Shown: piece by piece, positions 8,924 to 17,717 of the stretch | Layout: each line of letters starts with the position of its first letter | Position numbering within the stretch: the stretch's first letter is position 1 | Assembly: GCA_015055605.1 (NCBI GenBank) | Contig: SVHV01000002.1 | Coordinates: 156,677-188,676, forward strand | Direction: 5' to 3' | From: Clostridiales bacterium | GTDB lineage: Bacteria > Bacillota > Clostridia > Christensenellales > UBA1242 | DNA: 32,000 nt | Notes under the pieces: model-generated | What the model was told of the DNA's origin: nothing | Seen by the model: only the letters and a program-made list of their open reading frames with translations | The model's database searches: none | Position numbers and translations under genes: made by a program

Positions 8924-9469
8924 TTAAAGGTTTTCAGTAATAAGTTTAGTAATTTTTGAAATTACTTGTTCTTTGTCTGCTGGTGATTTGTATACACCGT
9001 CATCTTCTGTAGATACTGCAAATGAGCCTAAGACATTTATATTGTGACATACATTGAAACCATACATTGCGTTATCTAAATATTTCTTTATATTATCAGG
9101 TGTATCTTCGCCAGTATATAGATATATAAATTTCTTACCGTGTAGAGCTTTGTTTGTGTAATATCTATATGTTCTGTCTACAAAAGTTTTTGCTAGTCCT
9201 GACATATTATAGAAGTAATTTGGTGTCGCAAACACAACGATTTTTGCATCTAGAATCTTTTCCATTAAGATATGAATTTTGTCTTGTTTTACACATTCGC
9301 CATCTGTAGCGAAACAAGCCTCACAACCACAACAAGGCTCTGCTGGATAATCCCTGATATGAACTACCTCGGTGCTATGTTGTAACCAAAACTTTGTTTG
9401 TAACTCCTCTAGTAGTGCTTTGCAACTACCGTTCTTTGCTGATGCTGATACAAATAGTATTCTGTCCAT
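8924..9469 (-). CDS. Flavodoxin-fold NAD(P)H-dependent FMN reductase, iron-sulfur flavoprotein (Isf)-like
   Basis: RBS GAGGAGAA upstream. The N-terminal ILFVSASAKNGS and FATPNYFYNMSG segments are typical of the FMN_red/flavodoxin-like fold. Compact cysteine motif CCGCEACFATDGEC (C-x2-C-x2-C-x6-C), as in Isf proteins. Confidence 0.7.
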   Translation of the reverse strand: MDRILFVSASAKNGSCKALLEELQTKFWLQHSTEVVHIRDYPAEPCCGCEACFATDGECVKQDKIHILMEKILDAKIVVFATPNYFYNMSGLAKTFVDRTYRYYTNKALHGKKFIYLYTGEDTPDNIKKYLDNAMYGFNVCHNINVLGSFAVSTEDDGVYKSPADKEQVISKITKLITENL

Positions 9470-9589
9470 TCTTATTCTCCTCTAATCTTCTAAGGTTAAG
9501 GGGTAGAGAAAATCAAATATATTTATCTTCTCTAAAAAATATCATAATAAGATAATACCATAAAAATATTCTTTAGTCTAAAATTTTAA

Positions 9590-9598
9590 TGTGGATAA
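9590..9598 (+). promoter_or_regulatory. Perfect consensus DnaA box (TGTGGATAA)
   Basis: Exact 9-mer read directly. It is the only perfect match I found on either strand, and lies 26 nt upstream of the -35 of the SDR-pgi promoter. Confidence 0.5.
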
Positions 9599-9623
9599 AT
9601 AATTTTTTTAAACTGGTAAATCT

Positions 9624-9652
9624 TTGATTTTGGTGTAAAAATTTGATACAAT
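9624..9652 (+). promoter_or_regulatory. Sigma-A-type promoter for the SDR-pgi unit
   Basis: TTGATT (9624-9629), 17-nt spacer, TACAAT (9647-9652). The -10 overlaps the ATG at 9651, which argues against that ATG being the start codon. Confidence 0.55.
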
Positions 9653-9689
9653 GATACTGTTTAAAATATATTTACGAGAGGAATGTGAT

Positions 9690-10535
9690 TTGGGCCCGAA
9701 GTGGATAGATGAAAAGACTATAGTAATCACTGGTGCGAATAGTGGAATAGGTAGAGAACTAACCAAACTCTTCATTATGAAGAATAACTGCAGAGTTATA
9801 GGTGTAGGTAGAAAAGAAGAGAAGTTTTTATCTCTTATAGAAGAATTAGGAGACAAGAAAGATAACTTTGAGTACAGACTATTTGATGTATCAGTTGAGG
9901 CTGAGTGGCAGAAATTCGCTACTGAGATGGAGGAGAGAGCTGTATCTGTTGTTATTAATAACGCAGGTGTGCTACCTAAGTTTAGGACAGTGTCAGGCTC
10001 TATTGAAAATTTCAGTTGTGAGGAATATATGAGGACTATGGATATAAATTATAATTCTATAGTTTATAGTACATACTATATGTCGCCTATCGTGGAGAAA
10101 AATCTCAACCCTGCTTTTGTAAATATTGCTAGTTCATCTGGACTATGTCCTCTGGCTGGTATGGCAACATATTCTGCGAGTAAATCGGCTGTAAAGAACT
10201 TTACTGAGGTTATGAGACTAGAGAAAGACTACTATGTGGGTTTGGTTTGCCCTGGTTTTACTAAGACAGAGATTTTTAGAGAACAAAAGGGTAATATGGA
10301 TAAAGGGCTTATTAATTTTATTGCTACAGATTTAGACAAGATGGCATATAAGATATATAGAGGCATTATCCGAAAGAAAAAGAGAATGGTCTTTGGCTTT
10401 GACGCTAAGATTATGGATATAGGTTATAGGTGGTTTCCTAGACTAATGCCTAAGTTATTTACAAGTGTGCTAAAGAGTGCAAAAATAGAATTATTTGATG
10501 ATGTCTTTGATGGTAATGACAGAGGGAGAGAATAA
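9690..10535 (+). CDS. Short-chain dehydrogenase/reductase (SDR)
   Basis: TGANSGIG cofactor motif, NNAG, catalytic YSASK. Start reassigned to TTG 9690, which has RBS GAGAGGAA 5 nt upstream. The track's ATG at 9651 lies inside the predicted -10. Confidence 0.85.
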   Translation: MGPKWIDEKTIVITGANSGIGRELTKLFIMKNNCRVIGVGRKEEKFLSLIEELGDKKDNFEYRLFDVSVEAEWQKFATEMEERAVSVVINNAGVLPKFRTVSGSIENFSCEEYMRTMDINYNSIVYSTYYMSPIVEKNLNPAFVNIASSSGLCPLAGMATYSASKSAVKNFTEVMRLEKDYYVGLVCPGFTKTEIFREQKGNMDKGLINFIATDLDKMAYKIYRGIIRKKKRMVFGFDAKIMDIGYRWFPRLMPKLFTSVLKSAKIELFDDVFDGNDRGRE

Positions 10536-11881
10536 TGATTAAATTAGATTATAGTGGTATAGATAAAGATAACCTAAAGAGTGGAATGAGTATTAGTGGT
10601 ATTTCTGCTACTACAAGGGCTAAAAATATATCTAAAATATATGGCAAAAAGGTTTCTGTTATGCTAGACTTTTTAGATTTGCCTAATATGAGCGAGAGCG
10701 AGATTGTTGCTCTTGAAAATATGGGTAGAGAGATATCTAAGAAGAACAAAAACTTCGTGGTTTTAGGTATCGGTGGTAGTGCTTTGGGTGTAAGTTTCTT
10801 AGAGAACACATTTGTTAGTTCTATTCACAAAAAGGCTAAAACAAAGGTAACAGTATGCGATAATATTGATAGTGATAGTTTTGTAAGTTTGCTCGACTCT
10901 CTTGACCTAAAGAAAACAGTATTTAATGTTATTACTAAGTCAGGTGGTACTAGTGAAACTATTACTCAGATGCTGATTGTTATGGATAGGCTAAAGAAAA
11001 AGAAACTAGATATAACTAAGAGAATGGTTATAACAACTACTGAGAATAATAACCTACATAACTTTGCTAAAGAGCATGGTATACCAACATTCCTAATTCC
11101 AGTAGGTGTAGGTGGTAGATTCTCTGTACTATCTTCTGTTGGATTACTTCCTGCAGTAGTTATGGGTGTAGACATTAGAAGACTTCTTAGTGGTGCTAGA
11201 AAAGTGCTAGAGAACGGTAAACTAAATGATATAAAGAATCTAGCATATACAACTGCACATATTAACAATTATTATCTAAAGAAGGGTAAGACTTCCCTTG
11301 TTACTATGCCATATAGTGATAGACTAAAGTTATTCCCAGATTTCTTTGCACAACTTTGGGCAGAGAGTTTAGGTAAAAGATATGATAGAGATGGTAACGA
11401 AGTATTTACTGGTCAAAACCCTATCAAGACTGTAGGTGTTACCGACCAGCATAGTCAATTACAATTATACAGTGAGGGTTTGCAAGACAAACTAATTATG
11501 TTTATTACAGTAGGTAAGGCACACTATGACGAGGCTGTTGCTGAGGACTATGGTTTCGCTAAACACCTAAAGGGTGTATCTCTAAAGACACTGCTTGATT
11601 ATGAGTATCAGTCTACTGCTTATGCTCTAACTAGTATAGATAGACCTAATTATAGAATAGAATTAGACACCATTAGCGAAGAGTCTGTTGGTGAACTAAT
11701 AATGCTATGCGAACTTATGACTGCATTTATGGGTGAATTTTTAAATATTAATGCTTATGACCAGCCGGGAGTAGAGCTTAGTAAAATATACACAAAAGCT
11801 TGTCTAAAGGTAAAAGGCTACGAAAATGAGCGTAAAGAAATTAAGCATTATGCAGATTCTAAAAAATTTTTATCCCTATAA
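10535..11881 (+). CDS. pgi: Glucose-6-phosphate isomerase
   Basis: 448 aa, the Firmicutes-type length. Motifs LGIGGSALG, ITKSGGTSET, VGGRFSVLSSVGLLP, DQHSQLQLY. Its ATG overlaps the SDR stop by 1 nt (TAATG). Confidence 0.93.
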   Translation: MIKLDYSGIDKDNLKSGMSISGISATTRAKNISKIYGKKVSVMLDFLDLPNMSESEIVALENMGREISKKNKNFVVLGIGGSALGVSFLENTFVSSIHKKAKTKVTVCDNIDSDSFVSLLDSLDLKKTVFNVITKSGGTSETITQMLIVMDRLKKKKLDITKRMVITTTENNNLHNFAKEHGIPTFLIPVGVGGRFSVLSSVGLLPAVVMGVDIRRLLSGARKVLENGKLNDIKNLAYTTAHINNYYLKKGKTSLVTMPYSDRLKLFPDFFAQLWAESLGKRYDRDGNEVFTGQNPIKTVGVTDQHSQLQLYSEGLQDKLIMFITVGKAHYDEAVAEDYGFAKHLKGVSLKTLLDYEYQSTAYALTSIDRPNYRIELDTISEESVGELIMLCELMTAFMGEFLNINAYDQPGVELSKIYTKACLKVKGYENERKEIKHYADSKKFLSL

Positions 11882-11983
11882 ATAGCCATTTTCTTAAAAC
11901 ATGCAAAAAAAGTGTGTCATAAACTTTGCATTTGTAGTAAAATATTTGATATGATATAATCGTGATTGATTAAATGGCGACTA

Positions 11984-12028
11984 TAGTGTATGTGTGACTA
12001 TGGTGGTATAATACAATTCGTAGTCACA
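11984..12028 (+). promoter_or_regulatory. Extended -10 promoter of dnaA bracketed by an 8-bp inverted repeat
   Basis: TGgTATAAT at 12004-12012, with a weak -35 (TAGTGT, 11984-11989). TGTGACTA (11993-12000) and TAGTCACA (12021-12028) form a perfect inverted repeat around the -10. A second candidate promoter is TTGTAG-17-TATAAT at 11932-11960. Confidence 0.5.
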
Positions 12029-12048
12029 ATAAATAAGGCGAGGAAGAA

Positions 12049-13398
12049 ATGAATATTAATGATATTTGGGCATCTGCTCAAGAAAGATTAGAAAAACAAG
12101 TTAGTGCAGTGAGTTTTGAACTCTGGATTAAATCGCTAGAGCCTGTAGACTTTAAGAATGGAATTTTGTATCTATCTACAACTAGTGAAACAGCAAAGCA
12201 AAGAATTAATAATCTACACAAGGGCGAAATCTTTGTTGCTGTAACTGGTTCATCTGATGAGGTAAAAGATGTAGTTATCTTAGACCCAGTAGAGAGAGAT
12301 GCGTACAGACAAAACAAAGAAATAGCTGTTGAGAGCGAAAACAGAAAATTCCCTGGACTAAATAATTTCAATGCTAAATATACTTTCGATAATTTCGTTG
12401 TAGGTAATTCTAATAAATATGTGTATGCTGCTTGTAGAGGTGTTGCTGAGAAACCTGCTGCTATGATAAACCCATTATTTGTTTATGGTGGAGTGGGACT
12501 AGGTAAAACACACTTATTACATGCTATCGGTAATTATATTAATCAGAATTATCCTGACAAGACTGTTATATACTGTACTTGTGAGAAATTTATCAATGAC
12601 TATGTAAATGCACTTAAGGGAGCGTCTTCATTCTCTGCTATGAATAGTTTTAAAGAGAAATACAGAAGTCTAGATGTCCTCATTATTGACGATATTCAGT
12701 TTATATCAAAAGCAGTAGAAACTCAGGAAGAATTTTTCCATACATTCAATGAACTTTATGAGAATGGCAAACAGATTATTATCGCTAGTGATAGACCACC
12801 TAAGGAGATTGCTACTCTTCAAGAAAGACTAAGGTCTAGATTTAGTATGGGTATTATTCAAGATATTCAATCTCCAGACTATGAGACTAGACTAGCTATT
12901 CTTATGAAGAAAGCACAAGAAGAGGGTTATCTAATTGCTGACGAAGTAGTAGAATATATCGCAGAACATTTCGATACAAATGTTAGAGATATGGAGGGAA
13001 TCCTTGCCAAAGTTTGGTTCTATGCTAGATGTTTGTGCAAAAAATCTGCCGATATGGAAGATATGAAAGAGGCACTTAAAGACCATGACTTTGCTGATAG
13101 ACAAAATCTAACTATCGATAGAGTAGTAGACTGTGTATGTAGATATTATTCTCTCAGAAAAGACGACCTTTTGGGTAAGAAAAAATCTAGAGAATTTGCT
13201 CTACCTAGACAGATATGTATGTATATCATTTGCGATATGCTAAATCTACCTTTGATGACTATTAGTAATCATTTTGGAAAGAAAGACCATACTACAGTTA
13301 TTTATGCTAGAGACAAAATCGCAGATATGTTAGAGAAGGGTGAACATACAGTAAAAGTTGCTGTTGCAGATATCAAAGCAATGGTTATGAAAAACTAA
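12049..13398 (+). CDS. dnaA: Chromosomal replication initiator protein DnaA
   Basis: RBS GGCGAGGAAG upstream. Motifs: FDNFVVGNSN, Walker A GGVGLGKTHLLHA, LIIDDIQF, and a C-terminal DNA-binding domain (ALPRQICMYIICDMLNLPLMTISNHFGKKDHTTVIYARDKI). Confidence 0.97.
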   Translation: MNINDIWASAQERLEKQVSAVSFELWIKSLEPVDFKNGILYLSTTSETAKQRINNLHKGEIFVAVTGSSDEVKDVVILDPVERDAYRQNKEIAVESENRKFPGLNNFNAKYTFDNFVVGNSNKYVYAACRGVAEKPAAMINPLFVYGGVGLGKTHLLHAIGNYINQNYPDKTVIYCTCEKFINDYVNALKGASSFSAMNSFKEKYRSLDVLIIDDIQFISKAVETQEEFFHTFNELYENGKQIIIASDRPPKEIATLQERLRSRFSMGIIQDIQSPDYETRLAILMKKAQEEGYLIADEVVEYIAEHFDTNVRDMEGILAKVWFYARCLCKKSADMEDMKEALKDHDFADRQNLTIDRVVDCVCRYYSLRKDDLLGKKKSREFALPRQICMYIICDMLNLPLMTISNHFGKKDHTTVIYARDKIADMLEKGEHTVKVAVADIKAMVMKN

Positions 13399-13415
13399 TA
13401 TTTTAGATGGCGACT

Positions 13416-13449
13416 AAAAAACACTAGACTTAGATTTCTAGTGTTTTTT
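13416..13449. terminator. Bidirectional terminator after dnaA
   Basis: ACACTAGA (13421-13428) pairs with TCTAGTGT (13437-13444) around an 8-nt loop. An A5 run lies upstream and a T5 run downstream. It sits between convergent genes. Confidence 0.8.
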
Positions 13450-13473
13450 CTTTTTATAAGATTAATAACTATA

Positions 13474-13908
13474 TTATTTATTTGTTTTTTTAAAAGTGGT
13501 TTCTTTCTTTACAAGGTTTTGACCTGTGGTGTAGATAAGCACTGCAAAGGCATTGATAATATATGTTATGATTATTAGTCTATAGAATCTCTCGCTAATA
13601 TCTATAAATAGTCTAACACTATCCGAATTGATAGCAAATACGATTAGAGTAAATACAATAATAGCAATAGTTACTATGTATAACATAATGCCAGAGATAA
13701 ACTTTTCTCTGTGTAGACAGGTACAAACAATATCATAAGCTACAATTACAACTAATAAGCCTATTAGTATATAAAAAATAGTTCTTTCCCACTCTGCTAG
13801 ACTAGCACCAGCCAGTGACATAAATTGAAATACTACAAAAGCCACCATTGTTGCAATAAGTGTGTAGTATACCATATTCAATAGAACTTTTTTCTTATCG
13901 AAATCCAT
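13474..13908 (-). CDS. Hypothetical small polytopic membrane protein (about 4 TM)
   Basis: Strong RBS AGGAGGGAG upstream. Four hydrophobic ~20-aa segments. No family recognised. Confidence 0.7.
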   Translation of the reverse strand: MDFDKKKVLLNMVYYTLIATMVAFVVFQFMSLAGASLAEWERTIFYILIGLLVVIVAYDIVCTCLHREKFISGIMLYIVTIAIIVFTLIVFAINSDSVRLFIDISERFYRLIIITYIINAFAVLIYTTGQNLVKKETTFKKTNK

Positions 13909-14001
13909 ATCTCCCTCCTAATTAATTTCGTTAGTTTAGTTTGAGAAGAAAATTTACATTTTATGTATTGACCTTATTTCCAAATTTTGTATAGATGGAA
14001 T

Positions 14002-14031
14002 AAAAAAGACAGTCTAACAGGCTGTCTTTTT
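14002..14031 (-). terminator. Rho-independent terminator after the 14190-14693 gene
   Basis: AGACAG(TC) pairs with (GG)CTGTCT, flanked by A6 and T5 runs. Confidence 0.7.
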
Positions 14032-14189
14032 GTTTTGTATACTATTTATTAAGTTTATTGTATTTGTCTACATCTTATTTTAGATTTTTATATATTACAT
14101 ATACTCCTATGATATATCTTTCATTTGTGAGTACGGTCATATATGTATAATTGTTTTTTATAATATTTTTCTTTGTGCGATAAATTATA

Positions 14190-14693
14190 TTATTTAGAAT
14201 TTAGGCTCTTTAAAGTAAGAATAGAGGATATTAATGCAGAGATACCCAATAGTGACGAGCCTACATGAGGAAATACTGCGACAGAAACAAATTCGGCATT
14301 TCCAAACTCTAATATACAGCCTATAAAGAAGAATAAGATAAATAGTGATGCTAGTACAATACCGGATATAGATATATATTTCAATACCTTGTCAAGCGAA
14401 CTATTGTTTAAGAAGAACTGAATAATAGATATTGTAATCATTGCTAGTATAACAATAAGAAGTATTATCATAATCACTCGAGAAACTTTCCAGCCCCACA
14501 AATTTTTACCTGAGCCTTCGAGGACTTTGTTCCATGTCCCAAAGGACATTAACTCTGATGAGTGAACAGACGGCTGAAACTGGTCTATTTCTCGGGAGAT
14601 TAGAGATATAACGAATGGGAAAGCCATAGATATATAAGATACTACTGCGAGTACAATACTAATTATTTTTAGAACTAACTTTTTTGTTGTCAT
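14190..14693 (-). CDS. Hypothetical polytopic membrane protein, probably co-transcribed with metG
   Basis: RBS GAGGTG. It starts 30 nt downstream of the metG stop with no hairpin in between. About four hydrophobic segments. No family recognised. Confidence 0.65.
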   Translation of the reverse strand: MTTKKLVLKIISIVLAVVSYISMAFPFVISLISREIDQFQPSVHSSELMSFGTWNKVLEGSGKNLWGWKVSRVIMIILLIVILAMITISIIQFFLNNSSLDKVLKYISISGIVLASLFILFFFIGCILEFGNAEFVSVAVFPHVGSSLLGISALISSILTLKSLNSK

Positions 14694-14723
14694 TTTAGTT
14701 ACACCTCTTCGTATTAGTTTTGA

Positions 14724-16730
14724 TTAGTCGAATTGAAGTTGACTAGGGTGTTTTTTGAAGAAATCGTATTTAGCCTCAATAAACTTTGGTCTATAGTTGT
14801 CTTTGTCTTCTACGAAGTTGTAGATAGGCTCGTTGATAGTGTCCCAACTAAAGATGTCTTCACTTACCTTTAGGTCACTGGCTAGTGCTTCGATATTCTT
14901 TGGACTAACAGGGTGAAGTAGTACCATTGCTACTTTTACCATGTGTAGAGTATCTGCGATTACTTGAGCAAGTTTTTCGTTATCATCTCCTGCTGCTTTT
15001 TCGTTAGCAACGAAATGTTTGTTTATGTTTCTAATGAATGAATCTAGTTCGTACATAACCATGTGGAATTTATTATCAAACATTAATTTCTCAATCTTTA
15101 GGATAGTCATTGTACAGTTTTTAAGTATTTCTTCAGAAACATCTCTATTAGGTACAACGCCATCAAATCTACTCTGCCATGTGTAGAATAGTGTTCTTAG
15201 AACTCTATTGTAAACATTTGTAAGTAGGTTACCGTCTTTTGTTACTGGGTCAATATCACTTTCTTTTGCGTCAGGGTCAAAAGCCTTAGGTGTGAACGAA
15301 GAAGATGTGTTACCGATAGACAGTCCTAAGAAGTGCATTCTTAGTTGTTCTACAGTGTAATGCTCTAGTAATTCGTCTGGCTTAGGTGGTTTGATTGCAC
15401 CTGAAGAACTAGCCTTGTTACCCATAAACATAGAGTGTTTGTTTACTATTAGGTGTGACATCTTTAGATTGCCCTCTGGAACATCTAGAGTAGGCTCTCC
15501 GTCTTGAGTACACAACCACATAGCATGTTGTACTGGGCCATAGAAGTATGCGTTGTCTTCGCCTAAAATCTGATAGATATATGCATCACTATCGCACCAG
15601 TATTTTTTCCACTCGTTCTCATCTTTGCCTAATTTATTTAAGTATGTTTTTGTGAATGAAATAGGTGCCCATAGACTCTCTGGCCATACATAGAATGTTA
15701 GGTCTTTTAGTCCGTCTTTATCTGGAACTTTTACACCCCAGTCGATATTGCCGCTTAGTCTGCTAGGAGTAAGCGTTTTACCTGTTCTATACCTAATACC
15801 GTTTTCGCTAAGCATTTCACAAGCAATCTCTCTATCCTCTAGTTTCTCAAATACTAGAACAAATGATGCTTTGCTCTTCTCCTCTCTTAGTTCAAATGTT
15901 GGGAGTAGGTATCTCACATCTTCAAATGCGTCCATCTGGTCTTTTTTGATATAGATTTCTGGTTTCTTTAGGAACTCTTTGATTTCTTTTAAGAAGAATG
16001 GTCTAGCCTCAGTTTTCTCAAGTCTAGCCACCCACTCCTCAAGAAGTGGTAAGCATCTAGGTAGGTCAAAGTACCAGTTTGCTATTTCTTTTAGAATAGG
16101 TTTCTTGCCACTAAGAGTGCTAACTGGGTCGATAAGTTCACTAGGTTGATACTGGTGACCTAGGTCACACTCGTCAGCATAACCTTTTTCGCTACCACAG
16201 TTCTCATAAGGACATTTACCGATAACCTGTCTACCATTTAGGAATTGTTTGTGTTCCTCGTCATAGAATTGTAGAGTAGACATTTTCTTTAGATAACCAT
16301 TGTCGTATAGTTTATTAAATATTTCTTCGCTCACTTGATTGTGAAAAGGTACAGCCTCGCCTATAGCGCTAGCACCAAAGAAGTTTAGTGAAATCTCAAA
16401 TTTCTCTAGGTCTTTCTCTTGTCTAATGTGATACTCTTCAACCATATCTTGTATAGTTTCTTTTTTACCAGCCTCTGCTCTCTTTCTGTGTGTTTCGATA
16501 GCAGGAGAGCCGTAGCAGTCTGTACCTGATACAAATACTACATTCTCTTTGCCGATTCTATCACGCAAAAATCTAGCCATAAAGTCTGCGTATAGGAACA
16601 TTCCTAATACATGACCATAGTGAAGGTCTTTATTTCCATAAGGCATACCACCAGTAATAACTGCTCTCTTTGGGGCAACTGGTCTATGCTCTAGCATTCT
16701 TTTTAGTCTCTCGTCTCCGTAGTCTTTCAT
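14724..16730 (-). CDS. metG: Methionine--tRNA ligase (variant KMSKS loop)
   Basis: Class I pattern PYGNKDLHYGHVLG...ADFMARFLR...FVSGTDCYGSPI. MetRS-type knuckle GKCPYENCGSEKGYADECDLGH...SELIDP. The KMSKS region reads FMGNKASSSGAIKP. RBS AGGTGA. Confidence 0.8.
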   Translation of the reverse strand: MKDYGDERLKRMLEHRPVAPKRAVITGGMPYGNKDLHYGHVLGMFLYADFMARFLRDRIGKENVVFVSGTDCYGSPAIETHRKRAEAGKKETIQDMVEEYHIRQEKDLEKFEISLNFFGASAIGEAVPFHNQVSEEIFNKLYDNGYLKKMSTLQFYDEEHKQFLNGRQVIGKCPYENCGSEKGYADECDLGHQYQPSELIDPVSTLSGKKPILKEIANWYFDLPRCLPLLEEWVARLEKTEARPFFLKEIKEFLKKPEIYIKKDQMDAFEDVRYLLPTFELREEKSKASFVLVFEKLEDREIACEMLSENGIRYRTGKTLTPSRLSGNIDWGVKVPDKDGLKDLTFYVWPESLWAPISFTKTYLNKLGKDENEWKKYWCDSDAYIYQILGEDNAYFYGPVQHAMWLCTQDGEPTLDVPEGNLKMSHLIVNKHSMFMGNKASSSGAIKPPKPDELLEHYTVEQLRMHFLGLSIGNTSSSFTPKAFDPDAKESDIDPVTKDGNLLTNVYNRVLRTLFYTWQSRFDGVVPNRDVSEEILKNCTMTILKIEKLMFDNKFHMVMYELDSFIRNINKHFVANEKAAGDDNEKLAQVIADTLHMVKVAMVLLHPVSPKNIEALASDLKVSEDIFSWDTINEPIYNFVEDKDNYRPKFIEAKYDFFKKHPSQLQFD

Positions 16731-16764
16731 AGTTCACCTACTAATTATAAATATTAATAAATAG

Positions 16765-16793
16765 AGTATATTATATTTACTACTTTTTGTAAA
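16765..16793 (-). promoter_or_regulatory. Sigma-A-type promoter of metG
   Basis: On the minus strand: TTTACA, 17-nt spacer, TATACT. This leaves a leader of only ~35 nt, too short for a T-box. Confidence 0.5.
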
Positions 16794-16963
16794 GAATTTT
16801 TGATTTTAAAATGTGCCTCAAATAGACTATTTAGGGCTATAATGTTCGGTTTTGGGTATAAATGGTTTCTAGACTTAATTTATATTCATAAATTAAAATT
16901 ATGAAAAGTATTTGTCTACATTCAATGATTTTTGTTACAATAAAAGAAAAAGGAGGGGAAACC

Positions 16964-17668
16964 ATGAACGCATTATCTATTAGTTTGGTGATTGTATCAG
17001 CAATGTTTGCTATATTATTTATGGCAATAAGAGTATGGAAGGGGGGATTGCTTGCAGTTATGGTAAAGACTCTAGCATCTCTAGCTTTTGTTTCTACAGG
17101 TATTATAGGTATTGCCGTATCCGACCTTACTAATAAAGTACCTCTAGCATTAATTGCTATAGGATTGCTATGTGGTATGGTAGGAGATATTTTACTAGAC
17201 CTAAAGGTTGTGTATGATAATGACAAAATCTATCTAAACTTTGGTATGCTTAGTTTTGGTCTAGGTCATCTGGCATATTTCTCTGCATTCACTAGCCTTG
17301 CACTAACTCAAATCAGTAGTGTACTTGTTCCTGTGCTTGTAGCAGTAGGTGCTGGTATAGTATTAACAGTAGGAACAGTTGTTGGTGGAATGAAGATGAT
17401 GAAACTTGACTTTGGCAAGTTCTTGTGGCAAACAGTGGCATACTCATTTATTCTAACATTTATGATGACATACACTTTAGTTCTAGCAATAATGGGTGGT
17501 GGAATGTGGTTAACATTTGTAGGTTTACTATTATTCTTCTTATCTGATGTTGTGTTATCTACTCAGTACTTTGGTGGACAACTTAGCAACAAACTATTTA
17601 TTGTTATTAACCACACACTATATTATGCAGCACAGATTGTTCTTGCAACAGTTGTGTTCTTAGTATAG
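16964..17668 (+). CDS. YhhN-family (lysoplasmalogenase-like) integral membrane protein
   Basis: Start moved to ATG 16964, directly after RBS AGGAGGGG. Multi-TM protein with a YhhN-like motif pattern: GMVGDILLD, FGLGHLAYF, LLFFLSDVVL. Confidence 0.65.
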   Translation: MNALSISLVIVSAMFAILFMAIRVWKGGLLAVMVKTLASLAFVSTGIIGIAVSDLTNKVPLALIAIGLLCGMVGDILLDLKVVYDNDKIYLNFGMLSFGLGHLAYFSAFTSLALTQISSVLVPVLVAVGAGIVLTVGTVVGGMKMMKLDFGKFLWQTVAYSFILTFMMTYTLVLAIMGGGMWLTFVGLLLFFLSDVVLSTQYFGGQLSNKLFIVINHTLYYAAQIVLATVVFLV

Positions 17669-17684
17669 TTTGTTATTTGAAAGG

Positions 17685-17717
17685 AAAAAGACTTCGGCTG
17701 GTCCGAAGCCTTTTTTT
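17685..17717. terminator. Bidirectional terminator between the YhhN-family gene and uppP
   Basis: CTTCGG (17692-17697) pairs with CCGAAG (17703-17708). An A5 run lies upstream and T7 downstream. Confidence 0.75.

Noticed and set aside
13396-13408. The 13-mer TAATATTTTAGAT is repeated right at the stop codons of dnaA (13396-13408) and of the 26368 gene (26989-27001). AATAGCCATTTT also occurs at 11881 and 31182.
   Set aside because: These are AT-rich short matches. Several are expected by chance at this composition, and there is no surrounding similarity.
11974-13416. The 10-mer ATGGCGACTA occurs on both sides of dnaA (11974-11983 and 13407-13416), suggesting flanking direct repeats or a mobile cassette.
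   Set aside because: Hundreds of 10-mer coincidences are expected within a 32-kb window, and the repeats are not extended or accompanied by recombinase genes. I kept only the GACTA-type half-sites as a minor note under the dnaA promoter finding.
16731-16963. Possible T-box or other riboswitch leader upstream of metG.
   Set aside because: The best promoter (16765-16793, minus strand) leaves only ~35 nt of leader. No T-box sequence (..GGTGGTACCGCG-like) or specifier-loop architecture appears on either strand.
17604-17612. One-mismatch DnaA-box-like 9-mers inside coding regions: TTAACCACA at 17604-17612, and TGTGGATAT in glgP at ~6489 and in yidC at ~29033.
   Set aside because: They are isolated, intragenic and widely dispersed. 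Their number is consistent with chance, and they do not form an oriC-type cluster.
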